64,000 nucleotides of DNA from Desulfuromonadales bacterium (GTDB taxonomy: Bacteria; Desulfobacterota; Desulfuromonadia; Desulfuromonadales; JAAYDE01): contig CAXXJQ010000002.1 of assembly GCA_963665045.2 (NCBI GenBank), positions 22,728 to 86,727 on the forward strand. Reading direction: 5' to 3'. Made by a program: the position numbers and the translations under genes. The notes beneath the pieces were generated by a model, which ran no database searches, was not told the origin of the DNA, and saw only the letters and a program-made list of their open reading frames with translations. Below, piece by piece: positions 1 to 9,418 of this stretch (within the stretch, counting starts at the first letter, position 1; the number at the start of each line of letters is the position of its first letter).

Positions 1-2807
1 CCGGAAGCCAGCTCGATGTTGATCTGGTCGAGAAGAACGATCTCGTTTTTGATTAGCATGCCCGAAAGACTCAAGAAACCCAGCATGGCCATGAAACCGA
101 AAGGCTTATCCGCCAGGAGCATGCCGCTGGCAACGCCGATGAGCGCCAGGGGCAAGCCAAGAAAGACGATTAAAGGGTGGCGCAGGGTGTTGAAAATAAG
201 AACGGAGATCAGGAACATGGCCGTGAAAGCAATGGGCACGTTGGACATAAGCTTGCCGTTGGCCTCGACCTGTTCTTCGTGTTCGCCACCCCACTCCAGG
301 GTATACCCGGGAGGCAGCTTAATGTCTTCGATGGGTGCCTTCAACTGGCGGAAAAGCCCATCCGTGGTGCCCTCTTTCTGCTTGCAGATCACCCGCAAAA
401 CGCGCATACGGTTGAGGCGATGGATAACCGGAGCCTCCCACTGGAGTTCCTGACCGTCGGTAACCTGACCGATGGGGACCCAATGCTGGCGGGATTCCGT
501 CCAGACATGAACATTGTTCACATATTCGATCCTGTTCCGTTGGCTTTGCGGCGGACGCAGCACAATGGGTAACAGGTCGTCGCCCTGGCGATAGACACCG
601 ACCTGGGCTCCCGAGAAATTCATGGCCAGGGACCGGGCCACTTCCTGACGGCTAACGCCGATTTCGCGTGAGCGCGCCTCGGCCAGATGAACGGACTGGA
701 CCTTGACCGGCCGGCCCCAATCGGTCCGGATGCTGCGGGTGTTGTCGTTGGCCCACATGACCGCCTTGACCTTGTCCGCCAGAGCCCGCAATTCGTCTGC
801 CTCCGGGCCGCTCAACCTGGCAACCACCGAGCCGCCGCCGGGTCCGAGCTTGAAAGCGTCAACACTGGTGACAGCGCCGGAATGTTGTTCGTCCAGATAG
901 TTGGTGAGATGGGCACGGATGGCCGGTATTATTTCGTAATCAGCCAGACTGACCAGCAGTTGGCCGTAGGCGCTGTTGGACATTTCCGGTTCGTAAGTTA
1001 GAAGAAAACGCAAGGGGCCACGTCCGACGAAACTGGCCACATCCGTCACGCCATCGAGGGTCCTGATATAGGCACCGATGGCGGCCACTTCGTCGACGGT
1101 CCGTTTGATATGAGTACCCTCAGGCATCCAGACGTCAACGGTGATCTGCGGCCGGTTCATGTCCGGCATAAAGTCCTGCCGGACGAATCCGAAGCCCACC
1201 ATGGCAACCATCAGCAAAACGGCCACCGCCCCCAGCGAAAGCCGGCGGTGATCGATGCAGACTCCGACAAAGCGCCGGTAGCAGCGGAAAAACAGATTGT
1301 CGTGCGGACGGTTGTCGCAACTCAGGCCAGACGGGAGCAGTGTAACGCACAGGTAGGGTGTCACGGTGATAGCCAGGACCCAGCTCAAACCCAGGGAAAG
1401 GCAGATGACCTGAAACAGGCTTTTCAGCCATTCGCCGGTCATGTCCTTGGACAGGGTAATGGCCGCAAAAGCCAGGATCGCAATCCCGGTGGCACCGAGC
1501 AATGGCCACTGTGTCTCGCGCACCGTCTCCTCGGCCGCCTGGGTGCGGTTCAGGCCCTCATGTGATTTGATGACAATGCCCTCGGCGACGACAATAGCAT
1601 TGTCCACCAGCATGCCCAAAGCGATGATCAGGGCGCCCAGGGATATGCGCTGCAGGGTGATATCAAAAGCATACATGCAAAGGAAAGTCGCCAGGATGGT
1701 TAGGAGGAGAACCGTGCCGATGATGAATCCCTCGCGCAGCCCCATAAACAGGACCAGTAGCAGCATGACGATGACCACGGCCGCGAAAAGATTGAAGACA
1801 AAGCCCCGTACGGCTTCCTTCACCGTTTCCGATTGATGGGCGATGACCTGGATCTCCATGCCGGCGGGAATGCGGCTTTGCAGCTCTTCAAGTTTTTGGT
1901 TGATGGCGTCGCCCATGGCAATAACGTCGCCACCGGAAACGGTCGAAATCCCCATCCCGACCGCAGGACTTCCGTTCCAGTTCAGGATTTCAGAGGGAGG
2001 ATCAAGGTAACCTTTTTTGACCCGGGCGATATCCCTCAGACGTATCATGCGGTTGTCCGCTCCGCCCTGGATAAGCTGTTCGCCCAGTTCGCCCACCTCG
2101 GCGTAGTCACCGCTAACCCGCAAGCGGACGTCTTCCGAGCCCGCCGCGACCTTGCCCCCTTCCGTGACCCGGTTCTGCTGGCGGATGGCGTCGAAGATGG
2201 CGCTGGGGGCTATACCCAGTTGCGACAATCTGCTGCGATCAATTTCGACGTAGACGGCCTCGTTTTGCAGGCCCCAGAAGTCGATACGTCCGACGTCCCG
2301 GCAGAGCAGAAGTTCCCGCCGCAGGTCTTCGGCGACCTCTTTCAGGTCGTGCTGCGAGTAACCATCTCCGGTGATGGCGAACAGCACCCCATAGACATCG
2401 CCGAAGTCATCGTTGACCTCGGGGCGGCCGCAACCCGGCGGCAGTTGCCGCCCCGCGCTGTTCACCTTGCGCCGCAGTTCATCCCAGACTTGGGGCAGAG
2501 TCTCCTTGTCGTAGGTTTCCTGGCTTTCAGCAAAGATGATCGACAGCCCCGAACGGGAAATGGAGCGGACTTCCTTTAACTGTTTGAGCTGCTGAATGGC
2601 TGTTTCCAGCGGCTCCGTCACTTCCACCTCGACCTGTTCCGCTGTCGCGCCGGGGTAGTGGGTATAGATCACCGCCTCTTTGATGGTGAACTCCGGGTCC
2701 TCCAGGCGGCCCAGGTTGCGGTAAGCGAAGACTCCTCCGGCGGCGATCAAAACAGTAAAAACAAGCATGATAGCCTTGTGTCGAATAGCGTACCCGGCAA
2801 GATTCAT
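1..2807 (-). CDS. RND (AcrB/HAE1-type) efflux transporter permease, first ~935 codons; 3' end lies beyond the window start
   Basis: Not in the ORF track because it runs off the edge. My reverse-strand translation from the ATG at ~2807 reads MNLAGYAIRHKAIMLVFTVLIAAGGVFAYRNLGRLEDPEFTIKEAVIYTHYPGATAEQVEVEVTEPLE, a classic AcrB-family N-terminus. The same frame at 62..3 reads GMLIKNEIVLLDQINIELAS. The start overlaps the adaptor stop (TGATG). The + strand ORFs 16..2579 are antisense shadows. Confidence 0.85.
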   Translation of the reverse strand, partial: MNLAGYAIRHKAIMLVFTVLIAAGGVFAYRNLGRLEDPEFTIKEAVIYTHYPGATAEQVEVEVTEPLETAIQQLKQLKEVRSISRSGLSIIFAESQETYDKETLPQVWDELRRKVNSAGRQLPPGCGRPEVNDDFGDVYGVLFAITGDGYSQHDLKEVAEDLRRELLLCRDVGRIDFWGLQNEAVYVEIDRSRLSQLGIAPSAIFDAIRQQNRVTEGGKVAAGSEDVRLRVSGDYAEVGELGEQLIQGGADNRMIRLRDIARVKKGYLDPPSEILNWNGSPAVGMGISTVSGGDVIAMGDAINQKLEELQSRIPAGMEIQVIAHQSETVKEAVRGFVFNLFAAVVIVMLLLVLFMGLREGFIIGTVLLLTILATFLCMYAFDITLQRISLGALIIALGMLVDNAIVVAEGIVIKSHEGLNRTQAAEETVRETQWPLLGATGIAILAFAAITLSKDMTGEWLKSLFQVICLSLGLSWVLAITVTPYLCVTLLPSGLSCDNRPHDNLFFRCYRRFVGVCIDHRRLSLGAVAVLLMVAMVGFGFVRQDFMPDMNRPQITVDVWMPEGTHIKRTVDEVAAIGAYIRTLDGVTDVASFVGRGPLRFLLTYEPEMSNSAYGQLLVSLADYEIIPAIRAHLTNYLDEQHSGAVTSVDAFKLGPGGGSVVARLSGPEADELRALADKVKAVMWANDNTRSIRTDWGRPVKVQSVHLAEARSREIGVSRQEVARSLAMNFSGAQVGVYRQGDDLLPIVLRPPQSQRNRIEYVNNVHVWTESRQHWVPIGQVTDGQELQWEAPVIHRLNRMRVLRVICKQKEGTTDGLFRQLKAPIEDIKLPPGYTLEWGGEHEEQVEANGKLMSNVPIAFTAMFLISVLIFNTLRHPLIVFLGLPLALIGVASGMLLADKPFGFMAMLGFLSLSGMLIKNEIVLLDQINIELAS

Positions 2808-3925
2808 CAGTCTAGCCCCTCCTTGCCGGCCAGCATGGGACGCACGCGGAGACTTTCCCGAAGCATATGCAGGCCCGCTATGGCGACCTGTTCTCCAGGC
2901 TTCAGTCCGGAGCGGATTTCAACCATGTTTCCCCAAATGGCGGCAACCTCGACCTGTTTTTTAGCGGGATGTCCACCGGCCGGGTCCACAATCCACACGT
3001 AGGATCTGCCGTCACTTCCGTGCCAGAGAGCTTCAACCGGAGCGCGCGTGGCATGTTCCGCGTCCCGGGACCGTCCGGACGAATTTTCCATGCGTGCCTC
3101 GACCCTGGCGGTCATACCGGGCAATACATGAAGCCCGGGCGGAGGAGGCAGGGCGATGATCACATCATAGGTACGGGTTATGCTGTCCGATTCGGCACTG
3201 AATTCCCGCACGGCCGCGGCAAACCAGCGTTCCGTGCCAGGGTCGGTTTCAAAACCGACCTGAAATTCAGCCATTTTCTGGATCTCGTTTTGACTGATCA
3301 GACGTTCCGGAACCTGAATGACCACCTCAAAAAGAGAAATATCCTGGAACGACAAAATTGCCTGCTTGGCCTGGACATGCTCGTGGTTTTCAACGTGGCG
3401 TCTGGCAATCACACCGTCAAACGGTGCAAGCAGCACGGTGTCCGCCAAGGCCTTTTCACGGATACGCCATTCAGCCAGGGCGACATCATAGGCGGTTTTG
3501 GTATTCTCGTACTGAACCTCAGTTACAACCTTCTGCTCGCGCAGAGCACAGAACCTGGTCAATTCACGCTTGGCGTGGAAACATTTTGCCTTGGCTGCGT
3601 CAAGAGCATGTTGATAGTCGCGTTGATCCAGCTTGGCCAGCACTGCGCCTTTTTTGATTTTCTGGCCTTCCTGGGCGTTGAGCTGCTCCAGCAGACCCGG
3701 GACTGAAAAAGCCAGCTCGACACGGCGGCTGGCACGTACCTTTCCCGGAAACCTGCGAACATAGGTCTTGGAAAGGGCTCGGACCATAGCCGTTGGAACC
3801 GGCCGAACGACCGGAGCTTTTGTCATATGTTTCGCCTCGGAGCGGTTTTTTCCAACCCATATCGTGACACAAATGGTCAGGCCGGTGACCAAAAGCCCAA
3901 TAAAAATAAGATGTTTTTTTGTCAT
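2807..3925 (-). CDS. RND efflux periplasmic adaptor (membrane fusion protein, HlyD-like)
   Basis: 372-aa ORF with an N-terminal anchor (LIFIGLLVTGLTICV) and coiled-coil/beta-barrel composition typical of MFPs. GGAG-type RBS. Directly coupled to the downstream RND permease. Confidence 0.85.
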   Translation of the reverse strand: MTKKHLIFIGLLVTGLTICVTIWVGKNRSEAKHMTKAPVVRPVPTAMVRALSKTYVRRFPGKVRASRRVELAFSVPGLLEQLNAQEGQKIKKGAVLAKLDQRDYQHALDAAKAKCFHAKRELTRFCALREQKVVTEVQYENTKTAYDVALAEWRIREKALADTVLLAPFDGVIARRHVENHEHVQAKQAILSFQDISLFEVVIQVPERLISQNEIQKMAEFQVGFETDPGTERWFAAAVREFSAESDSITRTYDVIIALPPPPGLHVLPGMTARVEARMENSSGRSRDAEHATRAPVEALWHGSDGRSYVWIVDPAGGHPAKKQVEVAAIWGNMVEIRSGLKPGEQVAIAGLHMLRESLRVRPMLAGKEGLD

Positions 3926-3952
3926 CTTTTTTCTCCTTGCTCAATAGGAAAT

Positions 3953-3987
3953 GCCCCAAATAGTTAAGGACCTTAACTATTTGGGGC
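3953..3987. promoter_or_regulatory. Perfect 17+1+17 palindrome between marR and the efflux operon (candidate MarR operator or attenuating hairpin)
   Basis: GCCCCAAATAGTTAAGG-A-CCTTAACTATTTGGGGC read directly. It sits 28 nt upstream of the adaptor ATG and 9 nt after the marR stop. Coordinates cross-checked against ORF 3600..3989. Confidence 0.5.
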
Positions 3988-3995
3988 AAAAAAAA

Positions 3996-4463
3996 TTAAA
4001 TGGCTTTCAGGCGTTCATCCATGATTTCGTCGATAGCCTCCAGTAAAACCAGCAGGATAGCAACCTGATTCAGAGGGTAGACGCTCAGACGCTCGATAAG
4101 TTCGGCAAGGTCATCCCCGTGAAAACGTTCATGGGCACGAAAGGCCTTCCAACCCAGATCGGTCAGTGACAGCTCAAGTTCCTTGTTGCTGTGAGGCGCG
4201 AACCCCTTCTCTATCAAGCCTTTTTTGGCAAGTTTTCCAATAAGTTGAGATGCTGCGCTCTTGGTTACACCGAAATGAGCTGCCAGTTCGGTGACATTCG
4301 TCTGCTTCTTTTCCCCAACGGCCTGGATGGTGTGAATTTCCTTGGTGCTGATCTCGATATCGTCATCAACCTGAATGGGAAGCGTCTCAATGCGCGAATA
4401 TTTATTGGTTATCTGGATAAGTCGCCGTATGGCAGCTTTTATAAGATCGTCTTTGTCACTCAT
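3996..4463 (-). CDS. MarR-family winged-helix transcriptional regulator
   Basis: 155 aa with a wHTH core (TNVTELAAHFGVTKSAASQLIGKLAKKGLIEK). Located upstream of the RND efflux pair, the usual MarR context. Confidence 0.8.
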   Translation of the reverse strand: MSDKDDLIKAAIRRLIQITNKYSRIETLPIQVDDDIEISTKEIHTIQAVGEKKQTNVTELAAHFGVTKSAASQLIGKLAKKGLIEKGFAPHSNKELELSLTDLGWKAFRAHERFHGDDLAELIERLSVYPLNQVAILLVLLEAIDEIMDERLKAI

Positions 4464-4470
4464 GTAAACA

Positions 4471-4499
4471 ATGGTAAAGTTGCTTAATTAAATTGTCAA
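4471..4499 (-). promoter_or_regulatory. Possible sigma70 promoter of marR (TTGACA-17-TACCAT), implying a near-leaderless mRNA
   Basis: The minus strand reads TTGACA (4499..4494), a 17-nt spacer, then TACCAT (4476..4471), 7 nt before the ATG at 4463. Confidence 0.3.
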
Positions 4500-4669
4500 G
4501 AATAATTTTCCCTTGGTAGTTGTTTGGACTGGGTTAACAGTCTTAGAAGTTGTATCGGATTATTTTGGGAGACTGAAATGAATTGAATAGCCAAATTATT
4601 ACAACCCCTGGCTTACGAGAATTTTGACCAAGTGATGACCAGACAATGGCTGCGATGGAGATTTTTCAA

Positions 4670-4696
4670 CAAAAAAACCCGGTTGGGGGACCGGGT
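4670..4696 (-). terminator. Rho-independent terminator downstream of the 4885..5646 gene
   Basis: ACCCGGT-TGGGGG-ACCGGGT hairpin followed on the minus strand by a run of 7 T. Confidence 0.55.
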
Positions 4697-4884
4697 CAAA
4701 AAGATGAGGAAGTTTCTAGATAAAGAAACCTTCCCTATGGATAACCTTTATCACAAACTCAGAGTTATTCAAACCATTGCCCAAATTTAAAGACTCAGGC
4801 TTCAAAGATGTTTTAAAACCCCTGCAATGAATTGACCTTACCCCCTGGGTCGGGCCATATCTGCGTCTAATTAATAATGGGGAA

Positions 4885-5646
4885 TCACGAAACAGAAGAG
4901 GCTTCTTCCAAGGTAAACTTCCAGGCGCAGTACCAGTTGTCCGGATGTTCGTCCGGCGGGCAGGCGATACATTCGGTCCTGATGCGCGCATCGATTGTTT
5001 CCGCGAAGGTAGGATACTCCGCCATACCTCCCGACTTGCACGGGTAATCGGCCATGTTTTTTCTTTTCCTGGCGGCCTGCACCCGGCATTCGCTCATCCG
5101 AAAAACAAAGCTGTTCGAGGTTTCTTCGACAACCTCCTGCTTGTTCACGGTCGCGTAAAGGCGAAACCCCAAGGCCTGCTTCAAGCCCGCCAGCCCGGGG
5201 TGCTCGGGCAAATCGAGAAATTTCTTAATCATTTGCGCTTCCAGCGGAGAAAAATTTGACCAGCAGGAATCATTGCAGCGCTTCGCATCGTGCATGCCGC
5301 GGTTTTTTTCCAAGGCCTGAAACCAGACGCCGTCATTAGCCAGCCAGTTGACAGCGACACTCTCCTTCAAAGCATTCAGCTCCGCTTCCGGCAGATCGCT
5401 GAAAGGGGTCGGGACACCATCATTTACCGCAAATCCGAGGGTCTTTCCCAGGCGCTGGAACAGAATCTGGCTGCTTCGTTCGGTCACCTCGGCCAGCACC
5501 TCGTAGGCCTGTTCTCTTCCCAACTGATGGGAAACTTCAGAAAACCAGAGCGCATGATGCATCATCGCCCGGTGAAGAAAATCGATTACCAATCTGGCGT
5601 TTTCTTGGTGACTAAGGTCTTGCTGGGTCATTACGGTTTTGGGCAT
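4885..5646 (-). CDS. Hypothetical Cys-rich cytoplasmic protein (resembles DUF6125 / ATC-hydrolase-like families; not verified)
   Basis: 253-aa ORF with a GGAGG RBS. The C-terminal half carries conserved-looking cysteines (SECRVQ, YPCKSGG, ECIACPPDEHP, YCAWKF). The family assignment is from memory only. Confidence 0.6.
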   Translation of the reverse strand: MPKTVMTQQDLSHQENARLVIDFLHRAMMHHALWFSEVSHQLGREQAYEVLAEVTERSSQILFQRLGKTLGFAVNDGVPTPFSDLPEAELNALKESVAVNWLANDGVWFQALEKNRGMHDAKRCNDSCWSNFSPLEAQMIKKFLDLPEHPGLAGLKQALGFRLYATVNKQEVVEETSNSFVFRMSECRVQAARKRKNMADYPCKSGGMAEYPTFAETIDARIRTECIACPPDEHPDNWYCAWKFTLEEASSVS

Positions 5647-5887
5647 CTTTTCCTCCGAACATTAAAGAGCAACCTGCATATTTCGTAACTATTCAGCATG
5701 GGGTACTAAAACCCAACTACGGCCACAAAGGTGCGCACCATTCATGACAAGGGCGTTCTGGCGCAGGGATGCGACAGCCGGGCCCCTGCTTGGGTTTATG
5801 CGTCCCTTGACATGGGTGGTACGAGCCCACCAAACAGACAGCTGAACAGTTACCATATTTCTATAGACAACAAGGGGCATGGGCATG

Positions 5888-6823
5888 TTAGCAAAGAGCT
5901 CTCCGCCACGCAAAGAAAACCAACCAGGCCGCTGCTGCGGCCAGCAGCGCGTTGAAGAGGCGTCCCGGGCGTCCTTTTGTTTTTATCCAGAAACCGGCTC
6001 CAGCACCAAAAATAACGCCTGAGGCAAAGCCCCACAAGTGAGCACTGACATCGACCCGGTCCCCGGTGGCGCCAAGCATGGCGAGCAGGGCCAGGGCCGC
6101 GGCCAGAGGCAAGGGCCATTTTTTCATCAGAATGGTGCGGTTGTGGACAAGATTGAAAGTCGCCAGCAGGCCGACAGCGCCGAACAGGGCGGTTGAGGCG
6201 CCGACGGCAAGGTGATCAGGGGGTTGCAGCCAGGCATTCCAGAAGTTGCCGATGACTCCCGTGAGAAGGATCAGGCTCCAGCCGAGCCCGCTGCCTAGTA
6301 CTCTGCAGAGCATGACAACAAAGATGCTTCCAATGGCGATGTTGCTGAACAGGTGGAGGAGATCCGTATGCAAGGTCAGTGCAGTGACGCTGCGCCACCA
6401 TTCTCCGGCCATGATCTTTCCGGCATCAGCACAGCCCCGCTCCAACCAGTCAACAGCGGGCAGTCCCCAGGATTCCAGGTTCAAAAGGGTCAAATTGTGA
6501 AAAATCGCGAGAAGACCAAGAATCGAAAGGGTTATCAGGGTATTGTCAGTCAACGGCACTGGTTTCTGTTCCGGAGGCCAGTTGCGGTTTTCCCTTTCGT
6601 AGAGGGTGATCTCCCGGATGGCCCTTTCCTGGAGTTCGGAAGGGACAAAAATCTGCCAACCCCCGCTGGACTGATGTACCTGGTAGGGAATATTTCGCGC
6701 CGCCAGTACCAGAACCCATCTTCTGAGGCACCGTGCTGTCAGAAATAAGGGCCAGTTGACCTGATCGGCGTCCTCAACCGGAGGCTTCAGTGGTACAAGG
6801 TCACCTTCTTCCCTATTACTCAT
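5888..6823 (-). CDS. Rhomboid-family intramembrane serine protease with an N-terminal cytoplasmic extension
   Basis: 311 aa and polytopic. Contains the catalytic-type GASTALFG (GxSxxxxG) motif and a downstream HLWGFASG histidine helix. Confidence 0.8.
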   Translation of the reverse strand: MSNREEGDLVPLKPPVEDADQVNWPLFLTARCLRRWVLVLAARNIPYQVHQSSGGWQIFVPSELQERAIREITLYERENRNWPPEQKPVPLTDNTLITLSILGLLAIFHNLTLLNLESWGLPAVDWLERGCADAGKIMAGEWWRSVTALTLHTDLLHLFSNIAIGSIFVVMLCRVLGSGLGWSLILLTGVIGNFWNAWLQPPDHLAVGASTALFGAVGLLATFNLVHNRTILMKKWPLPLAAALALLAMLGATGDRVDVSAHLWGFASGVIFGAGAGFWIKTKGRPGRLFNALLAAAAAWLVFFAWRRALC

Positions 6824-7163
6824 GGCAAAAATTCCTAATGACCCGGCTTATTCATGAGGGTTCGTCACGAAACCGGGTTAACCAGCAGTTCATCTAGTTA
6901 AGCAGAAATAATAAAGCGATGGATGAGCTGGTCATGCTTATTGTCCTGATCATTTTAACTTGGTCAATGATATGGATAACAAGCTGTTTTTTACAATCCC
7001 CGGGTTACAGGAAAGGGCCATCCGATCCGGTGATCAAAATGGCCCTTAAATTTTTTTCAAAATTTCGTTTTCGCTTAAACCCTAAAATTGGCGTCTGAAA
7101 AACCGGCTGTGGAAGAGGCCCCATGCCTTGAGGTCTTAAAACAGCAGGCCGGAAGGTTATCCT

Positions 7164-9416
7164 TCAGTTCCGTTCCTGGCAGGATGAGCCGGGGACGTCC
7201 TCACCACACGGCCGAATACGGCAGCGCAGATACTCCCCTTTCAACGGCCAACCGCCGGACAATGCATCACATTTGTCCGGTTCGTCGTCTGTGGTCACAT
7301 TGATGTTGGCTTCCCACAAGCCATGTAGACAGGGCGCTTCCCCGGGCTGCTCCGGGAACCACCAGCCGTGCTGGGTGACAATGTAGTGAGGATCGAAGGC
7401 CGTGCTGAGACGTGCCCGCTGCCGAACGCGGCCGACGGGGCTTTCGATCCAGACCCAGTCGCCGTCGTTGATGCCTTGCCGCCGCGCCACATCCACGTGA
7501 ATCTCGACGATGGGATCGCGCTGCTGCTTCCTGAACCCCTCCACATGACGAAACTCACTGTGGTGATAGGGCATGAACCTCACCCCGCTGATGTTCAGCA
7601 GGGGATAAGCCCGCCGGACCTCTTCGGGGATATCGGGTTCAGTGTAGTGAGGCAGGGGATCATAACCCAGTTTTTCCAGAATCGTACAACTCAGCTCCAC
7701 CTTGCCGGATGTCGTGGCCAGCCCCGGAGAACGGCAGCGTCCCGCCCGGGGCTTTTCCCCGACCCAGCGCTTTTCGTGCACAAACTCCTCCAGAGTCTCG
7801 CAGCCATGCTCCTCCATGATCTCGGAGATGCGGTACTCCCACAGGGCGGCGAACGTAGGCCACGGCCAATCATTTTCCTGCCCCAGGCGCAGCCCCAACT
7901 CGCGCCAAAAGGCGTAGTCATCGAGCCGCTCGTAGCGACCCGGCACCACCGGCGGGACTGCCGCTTCCCCGAGCTGAACCAGGGGATAGCCGCCCACCGA
8001 CGAGAAATTGCCCATGTCCGGGCGCTCCATCCAGCAGGCAGCCGGCAGGACGTAATCGGAAAGCCGCGCGGTCGGCGTCCAGGTTATGTCAAAGGTCACC
8101 GACAACTCCGTCGCCAACATGGCGTCATGGACGAGTTTGGTATTGGCATAGGAAAGGAGGGGGTTACTGCATGAGGAAATCAATGCTTTTACCGGGTACG
8201 GCTTTCCGGTCAGTATCGCCCGGAAGACGCTCGGGGCATGGGCGCAGGAATGTAAATTGACCGCTGCGGAATGCCGCTCTCCCCAGACGCGCCGCATCTG
8301 CTCCTCCATCAGCTCCCAGCCCGGGTAGCCGCTGAAGCGAAAGCGGTCGCTGCCCAGTTGTTTGGCGCGCTGTTCCGGCGCCAGACGCTCGTTCGCCTCC
8401 AGAACAACATCCGGCAAAAACCCCGGACATGGACCGGCGACCAGGTCACCTCCCGGCACATCGATGCTGCCCACGATGGCACGCAGCAGATTGATGGCAC
8501 GGATGCCCTGGATACTGTTGGGCGCGCTGTGTTCGACCGCGACCCCGATGGTCATGACGGAGGGCTGGTTGGCTGCATAAAAACGCGCTATCTCGCGAAT
8601 GCGTACAGGTGTCAACCCGACCTTTTCAGCCACCGTTTCCGGAGCGTATTGCGCCGCCCGGATCCGCAACTCGTCAAACCCGTGCGTGTACGACGCCACA
8701 AATTCGCGGTCGTAGAGCTCCTCCTCGATAATCACGTGAATCATCGCCATGGCCAGCAGGGTATCACTGCCCGGCCGGAGCTGAACCCAGCAATCGGCCT
8801 GACGGGACGGCTCCGTACAGCGGGGGTCGATGACCATGGTGCGCATGCCCTCGGCTTTGGCTTTCCGGAAGCTGTTCCAGGTCGAAGGTCCCCCTTCGTG
8901 GGCGTTGCGCCCCCACAACACCATCATGCGGGTCGTGCCCGGACGCCGGTCCGAGACCAGGTGCCCCCCGAAGGTGCTGAACCACACCAGGGCCCTGGGC
9001 GCGTAACAGATGGTAATGACGCCAAAGCGGTTGGGGCTGCCGAACAGGTTCATGAAACGCGTCTTGGCGAACTCCGCGCCGCCACGGCCGGTCCCGGAGC
9101 TGGTGGCCACGGCCTCCGCGCCATAGCGTTCCCGGATATCGGCCAGACGCTTCGCAATCTCGTCCAGCGCCTGCTCCCAGGATATCTGTTCCCAGCGGTT
9201 CTCCCCCCGTTTTCCCTTTCGCTTGAGCGGAAAGGAGAGGCGGAAGGGATGCTCCTGATACTCCTTGGCCAGGGTCGGGCGCACACAGAAACCTCCCGGA
9301 CCCACCGGCGCCGACGTATCCACGGTAACCCGCTGCACCTGCTGGTTCTCGACATACACCTTCATGGCGCAGCCCTTGCTGGTGCAGAAATAACAGCTGC
9401 TGAGTTTGACCTCCAC
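7164..9416 (-). CDS. Cytoplasmic molybdopterin (Mo/W-bisPGD, DMSO-reductase superfamily) oxidoreductase
   Basis: 750 aa. N-terminal 4Fe-4S motif C-x2-C-x4-C-x28-C (SCYFCTSKGC...FCVRP) with no twin-arginine signal. Typical MopB and C-terminal molydop-binding regions. Stop/start spacing to the upstream gene is 2 nt. Confidence 0.85.
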   Translation of the reverse strand: MEVKLSSCYFCTSKGCAMKVYVENQQVQRVTVDTSAPVGPGGFCVRPTLAKEYQEHPFRLSFPLKRKGKRGENRWEQISWEQALDEIAKRLADIRERYGAEAVATSSGTGRGGAEFAKTRFMNLFGSPNRFGVITICYAPRALVWFSTFGGHLVSDRRPGTTRMMVLWGRNAHEGGPSTWNSFRKAKAEGMRTMVIDPRCTEPSRQADCWVQLRPGSDTLLAMAMIHVIIEEELYDREFVASYTHGFDELRIRAAQYAPETVAEKVGLTPVRIREIARFYAANQPSVMTIGVAVEHSAPNSIQGIRAINLLRAIVGSIDVPGGDLVAGPCPGFLPDVVLEANERLAPEQRAKQLGSDRFRFSGYPGWELMEEQMRRVWGERHSAAVNLHSCAHAPSVFRAILTGKPYPVKALISSCSNPLLSYANTKLVHDAMLATELSVTFDITWTPTARLSDYVLPAACWMERPDMGNFSSVGGYPLVQLGEAAVPPVVPGRYERLDDYAFWRELGLRLGQENDWPWPTFAALWEYRISEIMEEHGCETLEEFVHEKRWVGEKPRAGRCRSPGLATTSGKVELSCTILEKLGYDPLPHYTEPDIPEEVRRAYPLLNISGVRFMPYHHSEFRHVEGFRKQQRDPIVEIHVDVARRQGINDGDWVWIESPVGRVRQRARLSTAFDPHYIVTQHGWWFPEQPGEAPCLHGLWEANINVTTDDEPDKCDALSGGWPLKGEYLRCRIRPCGEDVPGSSCQERN

Positions 9417-9418
9417 GA

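Noticed and set aside
16-2579. Series of + strand ORFs of 100-250 aa (16..453, 177..572, 1110..1565, 1833..2579 and others)
   Set aside because: They have low-complexity Arg/Pro/Gly-rich antisense-type composition. The opposite strand encodes an uninterrupted AcrB-family protein, so these are shadow ORFs in GC-rich DNA.
6919-7098. 59-codon + strand ORF (MDELVMLIVLIILTWSMIWITSCFL...) in the rhomboid/Mo-enzyme spacer
   Set aside because: It has a weak RBS, contains a terminator-like hairpin (AAGGGCCAT...ATGGCCCTT plus a T run) inside the frame, and lacks support from a conserved family. It is possibly a small membrane peptide, but I cannot support it.
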